Assembly: GCF_902713615.1 (NCBI RefSeq)
Contig: NC_052158.1
Span: forward strand, 41,097,729-41,161,728
Reading direction: 5' to 3'
DNA: 64,000 nucleotides
Source: Scyliorhinus canicula
Lineage: Eukaryota
The notes beneath the pieces were generated by a model. That model made no database searches. It had not been told where the DNA came from and saw nothing but the letters and a program-made list of their open reading frames with translations. Numbering within the stretch: position 1 is the first letter of the stretch; each line of letters starts with the position of its first letter. Positions 1-11,282 of this stretch are shown here, one piece after another. A program made the position numbers and the translations under genes.

Positions 1-1307
1 GAGGCACATGACCGACCTGAGCCAATGGGCAGCGACTGCTCTGCACCAATGGCAGATAGGTACCGTAAACCTCCTAGTCATACCACCACATTCACCCCTT
101 GTGGAGAAAGAAGCCGGGTGGGGGGCAGGAGTAAGAAGGGGGGGCTGTTGGACTGGTGGTATGACTAGAGAGAACGAGGTGTATCGAGGTAAATGGTGGC
201 TGCCCACTGGCTCGCGACGACTGTGCAGATACAATGGGCAGCAATGAACAGTACAGAAATAGAAAGACGAAGAAAAAAAAATGTGCAACTTGTACATTGG
301 AACTCTGAATGACACAAGGAGTCCGATAAAAGTCTTGTGGAACATCAGATCGGTGTGATCAGTCTGTCAGGTGCCCTCGATGTTCTGCTGGTCCGTCGCA
401 GTGGTGCAGGTGACGTCAGGCCGGTGGCCGTTCTTGACTCCGGGAGCGGTGGTCGTGATCCTGTGTCCGTACCCCTGGTCGGTGCTAGTGAAGCTCTGGC
501 CAGGGGAGGGGGTTCCTGTGCGCTGGGTTGCGGGGGCGCCGGGGAGGGGGGGGGTTGTGACTGGGAGAAGGGTGTTGATGTGGGGGGTTGAGGCCGCACG
601 CCGGCGGGTGCCGAGTCTCGAAGGGACCGTGTCCTGCCGACCGTCGGAATACTCCACATACGCGTACTGCGGGTTAGCGTGGAGTAACTGGACTCGTTCC
701 ACCAACGGGTCGGACTTGTTCACCCGCACGTGCTTCCGGAGCAAGATGGGTGTGGCCAGCCAAGTCGGGAGTGGGGATCTGGAGGACGGCTTCCTAGGGA
801 AAACAAGAAGATGTTCATGAGGCGTTTGGTTTGTGGCAGTGCAGAGGAGAGACCGAATTGAATGGAGGGCATCGGGGATGACCTCTTGCCAGTGGGAGAT
901 AGGGAGATCTTTGGACCATAGGGCCAGTAGGACGGTCTTCCAGACTGTGCCATTCTCCCGGTCGACCTGCCCGTCCTGACCTCCTAAATGGAGTAGGTCT
1001 TGATAAAAGTGATAGAAGCGGGCTACCCCCGGATGGCAGAGGTCCGCGTGGAGGGTGCGGAGGCAGTGAATCTGCGCGCTGGCGCAGGTACTGCGGGACA
1101 GGGCATCAGGAGGCTCGTTGAGCTTCCCAGGACGATACAAGATATCATAGTTGTACGTGGACAACTCGATCCGCCATCGCAAGATCTTGTCGTTCTTGAT
1201 CTTGCCCCTCTGTGCATTGTCAAACATGAAGGCCACTGACCGCTGGTCTGTGAGGAGGGTGAACCTCCTGCCGGCCAGATAGTGCCTCTAGTATCGCAAA
1301 GCTTCAA

Positions 1308-2708
1308 CTATGGCCTGTGCCTCCACTGAGAAATGGCGGAGTTCCGAAGCGTGGAGGGTCCGGGAGAAGAAGGCCACGGGTCTGCCCGCTTGGTTGAGGG
1401 TGGCCGCAGAGCTACATCCGACACGTCGCTCTCGACCTGAAATGGGAGGGACTCGTTGATAGCACGCATCGTGGCCTTTGCGATATCCTCTTTGATGCGG
1501 CTGAAGGCCTGGCGGGCTTCCATCGACAGTGGAAAAGTGTTGGATTGGATGAGGGGGCGGGCTTTGTCGGCGTAGTTCGGGACCCACTTGGCGTAATAAG
1601 AGAAGAAGCCCAGACAGCGTTTGAGGGAGTTGGGGAGATGGAGTTCCATCAGGGGGCGCATGCATTCGGGATCGGGGCCTATCACTCCGTTACGCACTAT
1701 GTAGCCGAGGATGGCTAGACGATTGGTGCGAAACACGCACTTATCCTTATTATATGTGAGGTTAAGGAGTTTTGCGGTACGGAGGAATTTTTGGAGGTTG
1801 ATGTCATGGTCCTGCTGGTCGTGGCCATAGATGGTGACGTTATCAAGATACGGGAAGGTCGCCCGTAAACCGTATTGGTTAACCATTCGGTCCATCTCCC
1901 GTTGGAAGACTGAGACCCCATTTGTGACACCGAATGGAACCCTTAGAAAGTGATAGAGGTGCCCACCTGCCTCGAACGCGATGTACTTGCGGTCACTCGC
2001 GCGGATGGGAAGCTGGTGATAGGCGGACTTAAGGTCCACAGTGGAGAAGACTTTGTACTTCGCGATCCTGTTAACCAGGTTGGAAATACGAGGGAGAGGG
2101 TACGCGTCCAGCTGCGTAAACCTGTTGATGGTCTGACTGTAGTCAATGACCATTCGGTTTTTCTCCCCAGTCCGAACTACCAGCACTTGGGCTCGCCAGG
2201 GACTGTTGCTGGCCTCGATGACTCCTTCCTTTAGTAGCCTCTGGACCTCGGACCTGATGAAGGTCCGGTCCTGGGCACTGCATCGTCTGCTCCTAATGGC
2301 GACGGGTTTGCAATCCGGGGTGAGGTTCGCAAACAAGGAAGGGGGGTCCACTTTCAGGGACGCGAGGCTGCAGACAGTAAGGGGGGGAATAGGGCCGCTG
2401 AGTTTAAAGGTCAAACTCTGCAGGTTGCACTGGAAATCCAGTCCTAAGAGTGCCAGTGCGCAGAGGCGGGGGAGGACGAGGAGTTTGTAATTTTTAAAAA
2501 CCCTCCCCTGGACCGTGATGTCCGCTACGCAGCATCCGGTGATGTGGACGGAGTGCGAACCTGAGGCTAGAGCTATCTTATGCTTGACCGGGTGAACGGG
2601 GAGCAAGCAGCGTCTTACCGTGTCGGGGTGGACAAAACTCTCTGTGCTCCCGGAGTCTAGTAGGCAGCTCGTTTCGTGTCCATTGAAAAGGATCTGTGTC
2701 GTCGCCAT
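1308..2708 (-). pseudogene. Gypsy pol fragment: aspartic protease, reverse transcriptase and start of RNase H
   Basis: 466-aa ORF with CLLDSGSTESF (protease), LDAYPLP, VDLKSAYHQ, PFGVTNG and FPYLDNV (RT); frameshifted in RNase H. Confidence 0.9.
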
Positions 2709-3122
2709 GGAGAGCGTGTGTGGTCATGACTGGTCGAGAGTCACTGCAGTGAGTCATGGCAGGAGGTCTGGGTCGTCTTCGCTTGCGGAGTAGTCGCTGG
2801 TGGGGTCTTCTGTGTTGGTCCAAAATGGCGGCGCCCGTCGGCCGCACGTGGGGTCGGGGCCCCAAGATGGCGGCGCCCGGGACCCACACGTGGCGTCTGG
2901 AACCCAAAATGGCGGCGCCCGTTGGTCACTCGAGGTGGCTAGAGGCAGGGGCAAAGAGGTCCGTGGGTCGCTCGTGGTGGCCGGGAGCGGGGGCAGAGAG
3001 GCCTGTGTGCCGCGTGGGGCCCTGGGGAAGCGCAGGGGGGCGATCTGCGGTCGCTGCGCGGAACAGCAGCGACCGACTTTGATTGGCAGGTCATTGAATA
3101 ATGACCTTTCTGACCGCAGCTC

Positions 3123-3836
3123 TTACATACTGCGGAGCGGGCCGGACAGCGCAGGCGGGGGTGCTTGGCCAGGCCACAGAAGTAACAGCGGGCCCCGTGA
3201 GCTTATCGGGGCCTCCCACAGCGCAGACCTGGGGGGGTCGGAGTCGGCGGGGGACAGGGGGGTTGCATGCCACGTTGCCCAAGTGGCTGCCGCGCGGCCG
3301 GGGGCATATGCACAGGCGTTTCGGTCAGCAACCTCCAGAGAGGATGCGAGGGTCCATGCCTCAGCGAGGCTTAAAGTGTCTTTTTCTAACAACCGCTGGC
3401 GTATTGAAGAAGGTTGCCTGCCTGCAACGAAGGCATCCCGGATTAATAGTTCCGTATGTTCTGCCGCAGTAGCTTGCGAGCAGGCGCAATTTCTCCCCAA
3501 GACAACGAGGGCCCGATAAAATTCATCAAGGGACTCACCGGGGAACTGTTGCCTTGTAGCCAGGAGATGCCGTGCGTAGACTAGGTGAACAGGCCTGAGA
3601 AAATGTCCTTTCAGAAGATCCATGGCCGCGTCATAGTCTTGTTCATCCTTAATCATCGAGTAGATGGCGGTGCCCACGCACGAGTGGAGGATGTGGAGTT
3701 TCTGCTCCTTGGTGGGTTGGCTGCCTGTGGTGGAGAGGTAGCTGTTGAAGCACGCCAGCCAATGTTTAAAAGTTGCTGACGCGTTTGTAGCTTGCGGGCT
3801 GATGCGGAGGCAGTCTGGTTTGATCCGAAGCTCCAT
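3123..3836 (-). pseudogene. Gypsy gag (frameshifted at its 3' end)
   Basis: 237-aa ORF directly downstream of the 5' LTR. It is homologous to the gag ORFs at about 41100-41800 and 43150-44170 (IRQRLLE and LAxSLEVA motifs). Confidence 0.85.
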
Positions 3837-4154
3837 TTCAAAATTCTAGCTGATTAAATTGATGTACCATCAATTGGACTCGAGTCGTGAAGAAGTTCCA
3901 AATATCAGGCTTTAATCAACTAGTTGTGTGCCCGGCAGTCGACTTACAGAGAAAGGCCGACTGCCGGGTCCTATGGGTTCTTATACCCCGCCTCGTAGGC
4001 GGGACTACTTGCCTCTCGGCCAGTGGGTGAGCAGTCACATGACTAGCCTCAGCCAATCAGCAGAGAGGCACATGACCAACCTGAGCCAATGGGCAGCGAG
4101 TGCTCTGCACCAATGGCAGATAGGTACCGTAAACCTCCTAGTCATACCACCACA

Positions 4155-6939
4155 ATGATTTTATTGGTATTACTGAGACTTGGTTGAGGGAAGGGCAAGA
4201 TTGGCAACTAAATATCCCAGGGTATAGATGCTTCTGGAGGGATAGAGAGAGAGGTAAAAGGGGTAGAGGAGTTGCATTACTGGTCAGAGATGATATCACA
4301 GCTGTGATTAAGGAGGGCACTATGGAGGATTCGAGCACTGAGGCAGTATGGGTAGAGTTAAGAAATAGGATGGGTGCAGTAACATTGTTGGGACTTTACT
4401 ACAGGATTCCCAAAAGCGAGCGTGAAGTAGAGGTACAAATATGTAGACAGATTATAGAAAAATGTAGGAGCAATAGGGTGGTCGTGATGGGAGATTTTAA
4501 CTTCCCCAACATTGAATGGGACTCATGTAGTGTTGGAGGCGTAGATGGAGCAGAATTTGAAAGGAGCATCCAGGAGAGTTTTTTAGAGCAATATGTAAAT
4601 AGTCCAACTCGGGAACGGGCCATACAGGACCTGGTATTGGGGAATGATCCCGTCCAGGTGGTTGAAGTTTCAGTCGGTGATTACTTTGGGAATAGCAATC
4701 ACAATTCCTTAAGTTTTAGAATACTCATGGACAAAGACGAGAGTGGTTCGAAAGGAAGAGTGCTAAATTGGGAAAGGCCAAGTATAACAAAATTCGGCAG
4801 GAGCTAGGGAATGTGGATTGGGAGCAGGTGTTTAAGGGTAAATCCACATTTGAAATGTGGGAGTCTTTTAAGGAAAGGTTGATTAGAGTGCAGGACAGAC
4901 ATGTCCCTGTGAAAATGAGGGATAGAAATGGCAAGATTAGGAAACCATGGATGACGGGTGGAATCGTGAGACGAGCTGAGTTGAAAAAGGAAGCATACAT
5001 AAGATCTAGGCGACTTAAAACTGAAGAAGCTTTGGAGGAATATCAGGAAAGTAGGACAAATCTCAAACGTGCAATAAAGAGGGCCAACAGAGGTCATGAA
5101 ATATCTTTGGCTAACAGGGTTATGGAAAATCTCAAAGCCTTTTATACGTATATAAGGAGCAAGAGGGTAACTAGAGAAAGGATTGGCCCACTCAAAGACA
5201 AAAGAGGGAATTTGTGCGTGGAGTCAGAGGAAATGGATGAGATTCTTAATGAGTACTTTGCATCGGTATTCACCAAGGAGAGGGACATGACGGATGTTGA
5301 GGTTAGGGATGGATGTTTAAATACTCCAGGTCAAGTCGGCATAAGGAAGGGGGAAGTTTTGGGTATTCTAAAAGGCATTAAGGTGGACAAGTCCCCAGGT
5401 CCAGATGGGATCTATCCCAGGTTACTGAGGGAAGCGAGGGACAAAATAGCTGGGGCCTTAACAGATATCTTTGCAGCATCCTTGAGCACGGGTGAGGTCC
5501 CGGAGACTGGAGAATTGCTAATGTTGTTCCTTTGTTTAAGAAGGGTAGCAGGGATAATCCAGGGAATTATAGACCTGTGAGCTTGATGTCAGTGGTAGGC
5601 AAACTGTTGGAGAAGATACTGAGGGATAGGATCTATTCACATTTGGAAGAAAATAGACATCAGTGATAGACAGCAGGTTGTGCAGGGAAGGTCATGTCTT
5701 ACAAACCTAATAGAATTCTTTGAGGAAGTGACAAAGTTAATTGATATGGAGAGGGCTGTAGATGTCATATGCATGGATTTCAGTAAGGCGTTTGATAAAG
5801 TTTCCCATGGCAGGTTGATGGAAAAAGTGAAGTCGCATGGGTTCAGGGTGTACGAGCTAGATGGATAAAGAACTGGCTGGGCAACAGGAGACAGAGAGTA
5901 GTGGTGGAAGGGAGTGTCTCAAAATGGAGAGGGGTGACTAGTGGTGTTCCACAGGGATCCGTGCTCGGACCACTGTTGTTTGTGATATACATAAATGATC
6001 TGGAGGAAGGTATAGGTGGTCTGATTAGCAAGTTTGCAGATGATACTAAGATTGGTGGAGTTGCAGATAGCGAGGAGGACTGTCAGAGAATACAGCAAAA
6101 TATAGATAGATTGGAGAGTTGGGCAGAGAAATGGCAGATGGAGTTCAATCCAGGCAAATGCGAGGTGATGCATTTTGGAAGATCCAATTCAAGAGCGGAC
6201 TATATGGTCAATGAAAGAGTCCTGGGTAAAATTGATGCACAGAGAGATCTGGATCTGGGAATTCAGGTCCATTGTACCCTGAAGGTGGCAACGCAGGTTG
6301 ATAGAGTGGTCAAGAAGGCATACAGCATGCTTGCCTTCATCAGACGGGGTATTGAGTACAAGAGTCGGCAGGTCATGTTACAGCTGTATAGGACTTTGGT
6401 TAGACCACGTTTAGAATACTGCATGCAGTTCTGGTTGACACATTACCAGAAGGATGTGGATGCTTTAGAGAGAGTGCAGAGGAGGTTCACCAGGATGTTG
6501 CCTGGTATGGAGGGTGCTAGCTATGAAGAAAGGTTGAGTAGATTAGGATTGTTTTCGTTGTAAAGACGGAGATTGAGGGGGGACCTGATTGAGGTCTACA
6601 AAATTCTGAGAGGTATGGACAGGATGGACAGAGTCGGGGTGTCAATTACAAGCGGTCACGATTTCAAGGTGAGAGGGGGAAAGTTTAAGGGAGATGTGCA
6701 TGGAAAGTTTTTTACGCAGAGGGTGGTGGGTACCTGGAACGCTTTACCAGTGGAGGTGGTAGAGGCGGGCACGATAGCATCATTTAAGATGCATCTAGAC
6801 AGATCCGGGAAACAGAGGGAAGTAGATCCTTGGAAAATAGGCGACAGGTTTAGATAAAGGATCTGGATCGGTGCAGGCTGGGAGGGCCGAAGGTCCTGTT
6901 CCTGTGCTGTAATTTTCTTTGTTCTTATTTTCTTTGTTC
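4155..6939 (+). mobile_element. CR1 LINE ORF2 (endonuclease and RT) with 3' tail; its 5' part is displaced by Gypsy element 1
   Basis: ORF fragments with TETW, MGDFNFP, KSPGPDG, DFSKAFD, GVPQGSVLGP and KFADD motifs. Ends in a TTTTCTTTGTTC repeat tail. Several frameshifts. Confidence 0.93.
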
Positions 6940-6960
6940 AGCCCCGACTGGTTTGAAAAA

Positions 6961-7205
6961 TCTATTACTGTAATACTGAGCCCATGGAGAGATATATTAC
7001 TGAAATACTGAATCCATGGAGAGTTATATTACTGTAATGCTGAACCCATAGTGAGATCTACTACTGTAATACTGAACCTGCAGAGATATATTACTGTAAT
7101 ACTGACCCACAGTGAAATATATTACTCTAATACTGCATCCACACAGAGATATATTATCCTAACACTGAGCCCACACAGAGAGATCTATTGTAATCCTGAG
7201 CCCAG
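6961..7205 (+). repeat. AT-rich minisatellite, unit about 32 bp (GAGATATATTACTGTAATACTGAGCCCA...), about 7-8 degenerate copies
   Basis: Directly visible tandem units ending about 80 bp upstream of the alpha2 acceptor. Confidence 0.8.
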
Positions 7206-7286
7206 AAAGCAATCCAGCAATATAAAAATAGGCTTTTCTTAAACAATTGACCTTTGATTCTCTGATTCTCTGTTGATCATTGACAG

Positions 7287-7562
7287 GAATTCATATTTTC
7301 CAATGGATAAGGACTGTCGAGGTCACTGAAAACGGCTCCATTAAGAGGTCGATGCGGTTTGGATTTGATGGAAAGGATTATATTAGTTTAGAGCCAGACA
7401 GGATGAAATGGATTGCAACCGATGATGTTGCAGTGAAGACCATGGAGAAATGGAATTCGGATGAATCCTGGAACAAGTATTGGAAATGGCAGTTGGAAGT
7501 AGAATTGGTTGAACGTTTAAAACTACGTTTACACTTTGGAAAGGAATATCTTAAAAGGAAAG
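7287..7562 (+). CDS. MHC class I-like heavy chain, alpha2 domain exon (nonclassical; no Cys101 or Cys164)
   Basis: Pyrimidine tract plus ACAG acceptor (7283-7286) and GT donor (7563). 276 bp, phase 1-1, the canonical alpha2 exon size. Translation GIHIFQW...FGFDGKDYISL...W...KTMEKW...LE...L...GKEYLKRK aligns with the class I alpha2 pattern. Confidence 0.93.
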
Positions 7563-7587
7563 GTATTTTTTTTCTATATATAACTTC

Positions 7588-9192
7588 TGTTACAACACCC
7601 TTGTCTAGTGCATGGCCGATTCCAGTTCCACAGACGCCGGAGTCCCAACACAAGTGAATTAACCAATAATTCGTATAACATTGCAGAATCTTTGGCCCAT
7701 GACTACCTGATAAGTGATAGCTACCAGGTTTATAAGTTGAACACAATAACTGTTTATCTATAACCGAAACAAAGATAAAATGCAGTAATTGTAATGGAAT
7801 AAAGACAAGCTAACCTACTACCCCTCTTTTACCGTCCCACATTCTACCCAACACTCACAAGACAAACAAACACAGGGGGGGAGGTGTGAAATAATAAGGA
7901 TTAAGGCAAATAAAATAAAGATGAGAGTATTTGCTTCAGTTGCAAATTTCTTTAGTGCACCCATTTCCTGATATGAGTGAGGTTTAAGCCTCTAATGTTG
8001 CAGCCCACTGACTTTCCTGTATTTTAAAAAAACTCAACACACATCTTTCCTGGAGCGTCAGAGGCTTTGTTCCTTCTACTTTGTTCTCAGCCCGTTGGGT
8101 CTCTCCCAGGCCCTGTTTTCAGGAATAAAACATTCACAAGCTTATTAGAACATACAACATAGAACGATACAGCGCAGTACAGGCCCTTCGGCCCTCGATG
8201 TTGCACCGACATGGAAAAAAACTAAAGGCCATCTAACCTACACTATGCCCTTATCATCCATATGCTTATCCAATAAACTTTTAAATGCCCTCAATGTTGG
8301 CGAGTTCACTACTGTTGCAGGTAGGGCATTCCACGGCCTCACCACTCTTTGCGTAAAAAACCCACCTCTGACCTCTGTCCTATATCTATTACCCCTCAAT
8401 TTAAGGCTATGTCCCCTCGTGCTAGCCACCTCCATCTGCGGGAGAAGGCTCTCGTTGTCCACCCTATCTAACCCTCTGATCATTTTGTATGCCTCTATTA
8501 AGTCACCTCTTAACCTTCTTCTCTCTAACGAAAACAACCTCAAGTCCATCAGCCTTTCCTCATAAGATTTTCCCTCCATACCAGGCAACATCCTGGTAAA
8601 TCTCCTCTGCACCCGTTCCAAAGCTTCCACGTCCTTCCTATAATGAGGCAACCAGAACTGTACGCAATACTCCAAATGCGGCTGTACTAGAGTTTTGTAC
8701 AACTGCAACATGACCTCATGGCTCCGGAACTCAATCCCTCTACCAGTAAAGGCCAACACACCATAGGCCTTCTTCACAACCCTATCAACCTGGGTCTTAT
8801 TGGAGAGAAAGAGTTGGCTGGATCGTTTCATGCAGAGAGAGTTTCCGGAGAAACTTCAGTTGGGGTCCTTCCCCTCCACTGCCAGAATTCAAACTGAAAG
8901 TCAAAAATGGAACCTAGTCTCACTGAGGAACATTCCAGAGGCAGCAGAGCTAATCAAAGCCTTTCCCCGAACAGGACAGCTTCTGAGGTCAGTTCATTGG
9001 CCACCAGCCAAGCGAATGAGTCCAGTTCACCACTGATGTCAGACTAAAACAGCACAACCTGCTGGAGGTTCCTGTTTTAAATTAAAGGTAACTCGCTTGG
9101 CCTTGAGGACAAAATTTGTAATAGCCAAAAGAATATGGAATTTAAAAGGTGAAACAAGAAACAAACCAGGGTTAAACAGAAGGATCCTTACA
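7588..9192. mobile_element. Probable solo LTR in the alpha2-alpha3 intron, interrupted by a CR1 3' fragment
   Basis: TGTTACA...CCTTACA termini; near-TSD CTTC/TTTC. Confidence 0.55.
8147..8795 (-). mobile_element. 5'-truncated CR1 LINE (3' end of ORF2 and tail)
   Basis: ORF 8238-8831 (VQFWLPHY, LERVQRRFTRMLPG); (TTCTATG)n-type tail; TSD CTTATT at 8141-8146 and 8796-8801. Confidence 0.92.
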
Positions 9193-9272
9193 TTTCACTG
9201 ATCTATCAAACCGTTCTCCCATTCCATTCAGTGTCTGTCTATTGTTTGTGTTTTCACCCTTTCCCATTACAG

Positions 9273-9551
9273 ATCAGCCTGAAGTCTTCATCTCTAAAAG
9301 CGAGCCCAATAGTCAGTACAAGCCGCTCACTCTCTCCTGCCTGGTTACTGGGTTTTATCCTGTAGACATCGAGGTGACCTGGCTAAGGAATGGAACAGTA
9401 ATGTCGGAGATACAATCCTCGGGGGTTCGACCGAACCACGATGGAACCCATCAGATACTGAAAGAGATTGAAATAAATGCTGGGGATGAGGATCAATACT
9501 CCTGTCAAATTGAACACAGCAGCCTGGCAGAGCCCAAGCTCCATCAGTGGG
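9273..9551 (+). CDS. MHC class I-like heavy chain, alpha3 (Ig C1) exon
   Basis: TTTCCCATTACAG acceptor and GTAAGG donor at 9552. 279 bp, phase 1-1. LSCLVTGFYPVDIEVTWL...RPNHDGTHQ...YSCQIEHSSL is a class I C1 domain with both Cys and the Trp. Confidence 0.95.
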
Positions 9552-10955
9552 GTAAGGAACTGTACTAGATGTGTGTGTACTCCGTGTGTGTGAAAAAGAT
9601 CAAAAGCAAGTGAAAGGGAGCCTATCTGACTACTCAGAGGGGTGAATGAATGGAACATACATGGTGACAGGCAAGAGAAACTGAGACTGTGCTATGGAGC
9701 AGCCAGGGTGCCCTCCCACGGAATTGGGGCGGTGCCTAGGCATCAACCGCCGTCTTGCTGAACACCCACCAAACAGTACCCTTGGCAGCAGGAATGTGCG
9801 CCAGGACCAGAAACACCAACGGGGTCGGATACAGACGGGCCAGGGGTGCGGGTGTTGACGGGGGGGGGCAATGCGTGGGCGGGGCCAGCAGTGCCAACCA
9901 GGGTCACCATGTAGCCCATGGTACCTGGACGGACACAGGAGTATGCGCCATGCTAACATGGTGGCCTTTCACCTCTTGCAGACAATGGCATTCGGGCATC
10001 AACCCTTGATGCTGGCTGCTTTGGTGATGGTCGCAGCCCTGCGAGATACCCTGCGCCGCATGAGTGGGGGTCGGTCAGAGAGGAGGGGGAAGCTGCAGGA
10101 TAGAACCGGGCTGCAGAGGAACGGGCTGCAGAAGGGTAGGTGACGACCGCGTGTACCAGCACCACATGTCATTCGACGACCTGTTGGACTGGGTGTGCAG
10201 ACGAGACTGTGGATAACAGAGGGACTGTGTGACACATCTGCCAGATCTCCTGCCTGGTTACTGGGTTTTATCGCAGGAGTATAGGGGAGGACAACCACTC
10301 CCAGTGATTGTTAAGGTGATGATCGCCCTGAACATTTATCAACGGGGTTCTTCCAGGCTCTGAGTGGGGACCTGTCTGGGACCTCGCAGGCCTCGGCGCC
10401 ATCACAGATCCCCTATATGCACAGTCGGACCAGTATATCCAGTTCCATATGGCCAGTGTCCACCAGGATGCCTGCAGGGTTCGCTGCCATCGCCAGGCAC
10501 AGGCAGATAACAGGCCACTGTACACCAACCAAATGGGTTTCACGCCATGAACATTCAGTTGGTCTGCGATCAACAGATGCACATCATGCACGTCTGTGCC
10601 CAATACCCAGGCAGTGTGCACGACTCCTTCATCTTGGCACAATCGGCGATCCCCGGCATGTTTGAGAAGAACCCCACCCCTGCGGGGTTGGCTGCTGGGC
10701 GACAGGAGTTTATCCGCTGTGGTCATGGCAGATGATACCTATCCGGAGACCACAACGTGGAGATCCGATAGAATGAAACCCTTACAGCGACCAGGGGTGT
10801 GGTCGAGGAGTGCTTAGGCATCCTCAAGATGCGCTTCAGGTGCCTTGGTCATTTTGGAATGACCCTCCAGTACGAGGCTGAGAGTGTCACCCTCATCGTG
10901 GTGGCCTGCTGCATCCTCCACAATATAGCACAGCAGAGGGGCGATGTGCTGGATA

Positions 10956-11282
10956 CATAGAACATAGAATATACAGTGCAGAAGGAGGCCCTTCGGCACA
11001 TCAAGTCTGCACCGACCCACTTAAGCCCTCATTTCCACCCTATCCCCGTAATCCAATAACCCCTCATAACCCTTTGGTCACTAAGGGCAATTTATCATGG
11101 CCAATCCACCTAACCTGTACGTCTTTGAACTGTGGGAGGAAACCAGAGCACCCGGAGGAAACTCACGCAGACACGTTGAGAACTTGCAGACTCTGCACAG
11201 ACAGTGACCCAGCGGGGAATCGAACCTGGGACCCTGCCGCTGTGAAGCCACAGTGCTATCCAATTGTGCTACCGTGCTACCC
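10956..11282 (-). mobile_element. HE1-like tRNA-derived SINE inserted in the Harbinger transposase
   Basis: Minus strand GGGTAGCACGGTAGCA...GGTTCGATTCCC A/B boxes; CR1-derived 3' tail (TTCTATG)n. Confidence 0.9.

Larger units (their letters stand above)
1..4154 (-). mobile_element. Gypsy/Ty3 LTR retrotransposon (element 1), near full length, decayed; inserted in a CR1 LINE
   Basis: 5' LTR 3860-4154 (TG...CA on minus strand) matches the partial 3' LTR at 1-90. Purine-rich PPT (minus strand AAGGGGTGAA) at 91-100. Order is gag (3123-3836), PR-RT (1308-2708: LLDSGS, YPLP, YLDNV), RNase H, integrase (367-1236). The integrase core is removed by an internal deletion near 975, where EVRT joins NGQV. 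Confidence 0.95.

Noticed and set aside
1-7286. Leader and alpha1 exons of the class I-like gene
   Set aside because: The interval is fully explained by Gypsy, CR1 and the minisatellite; no alpha1-like reading frame was found, so these exons must lie upstream of the window.
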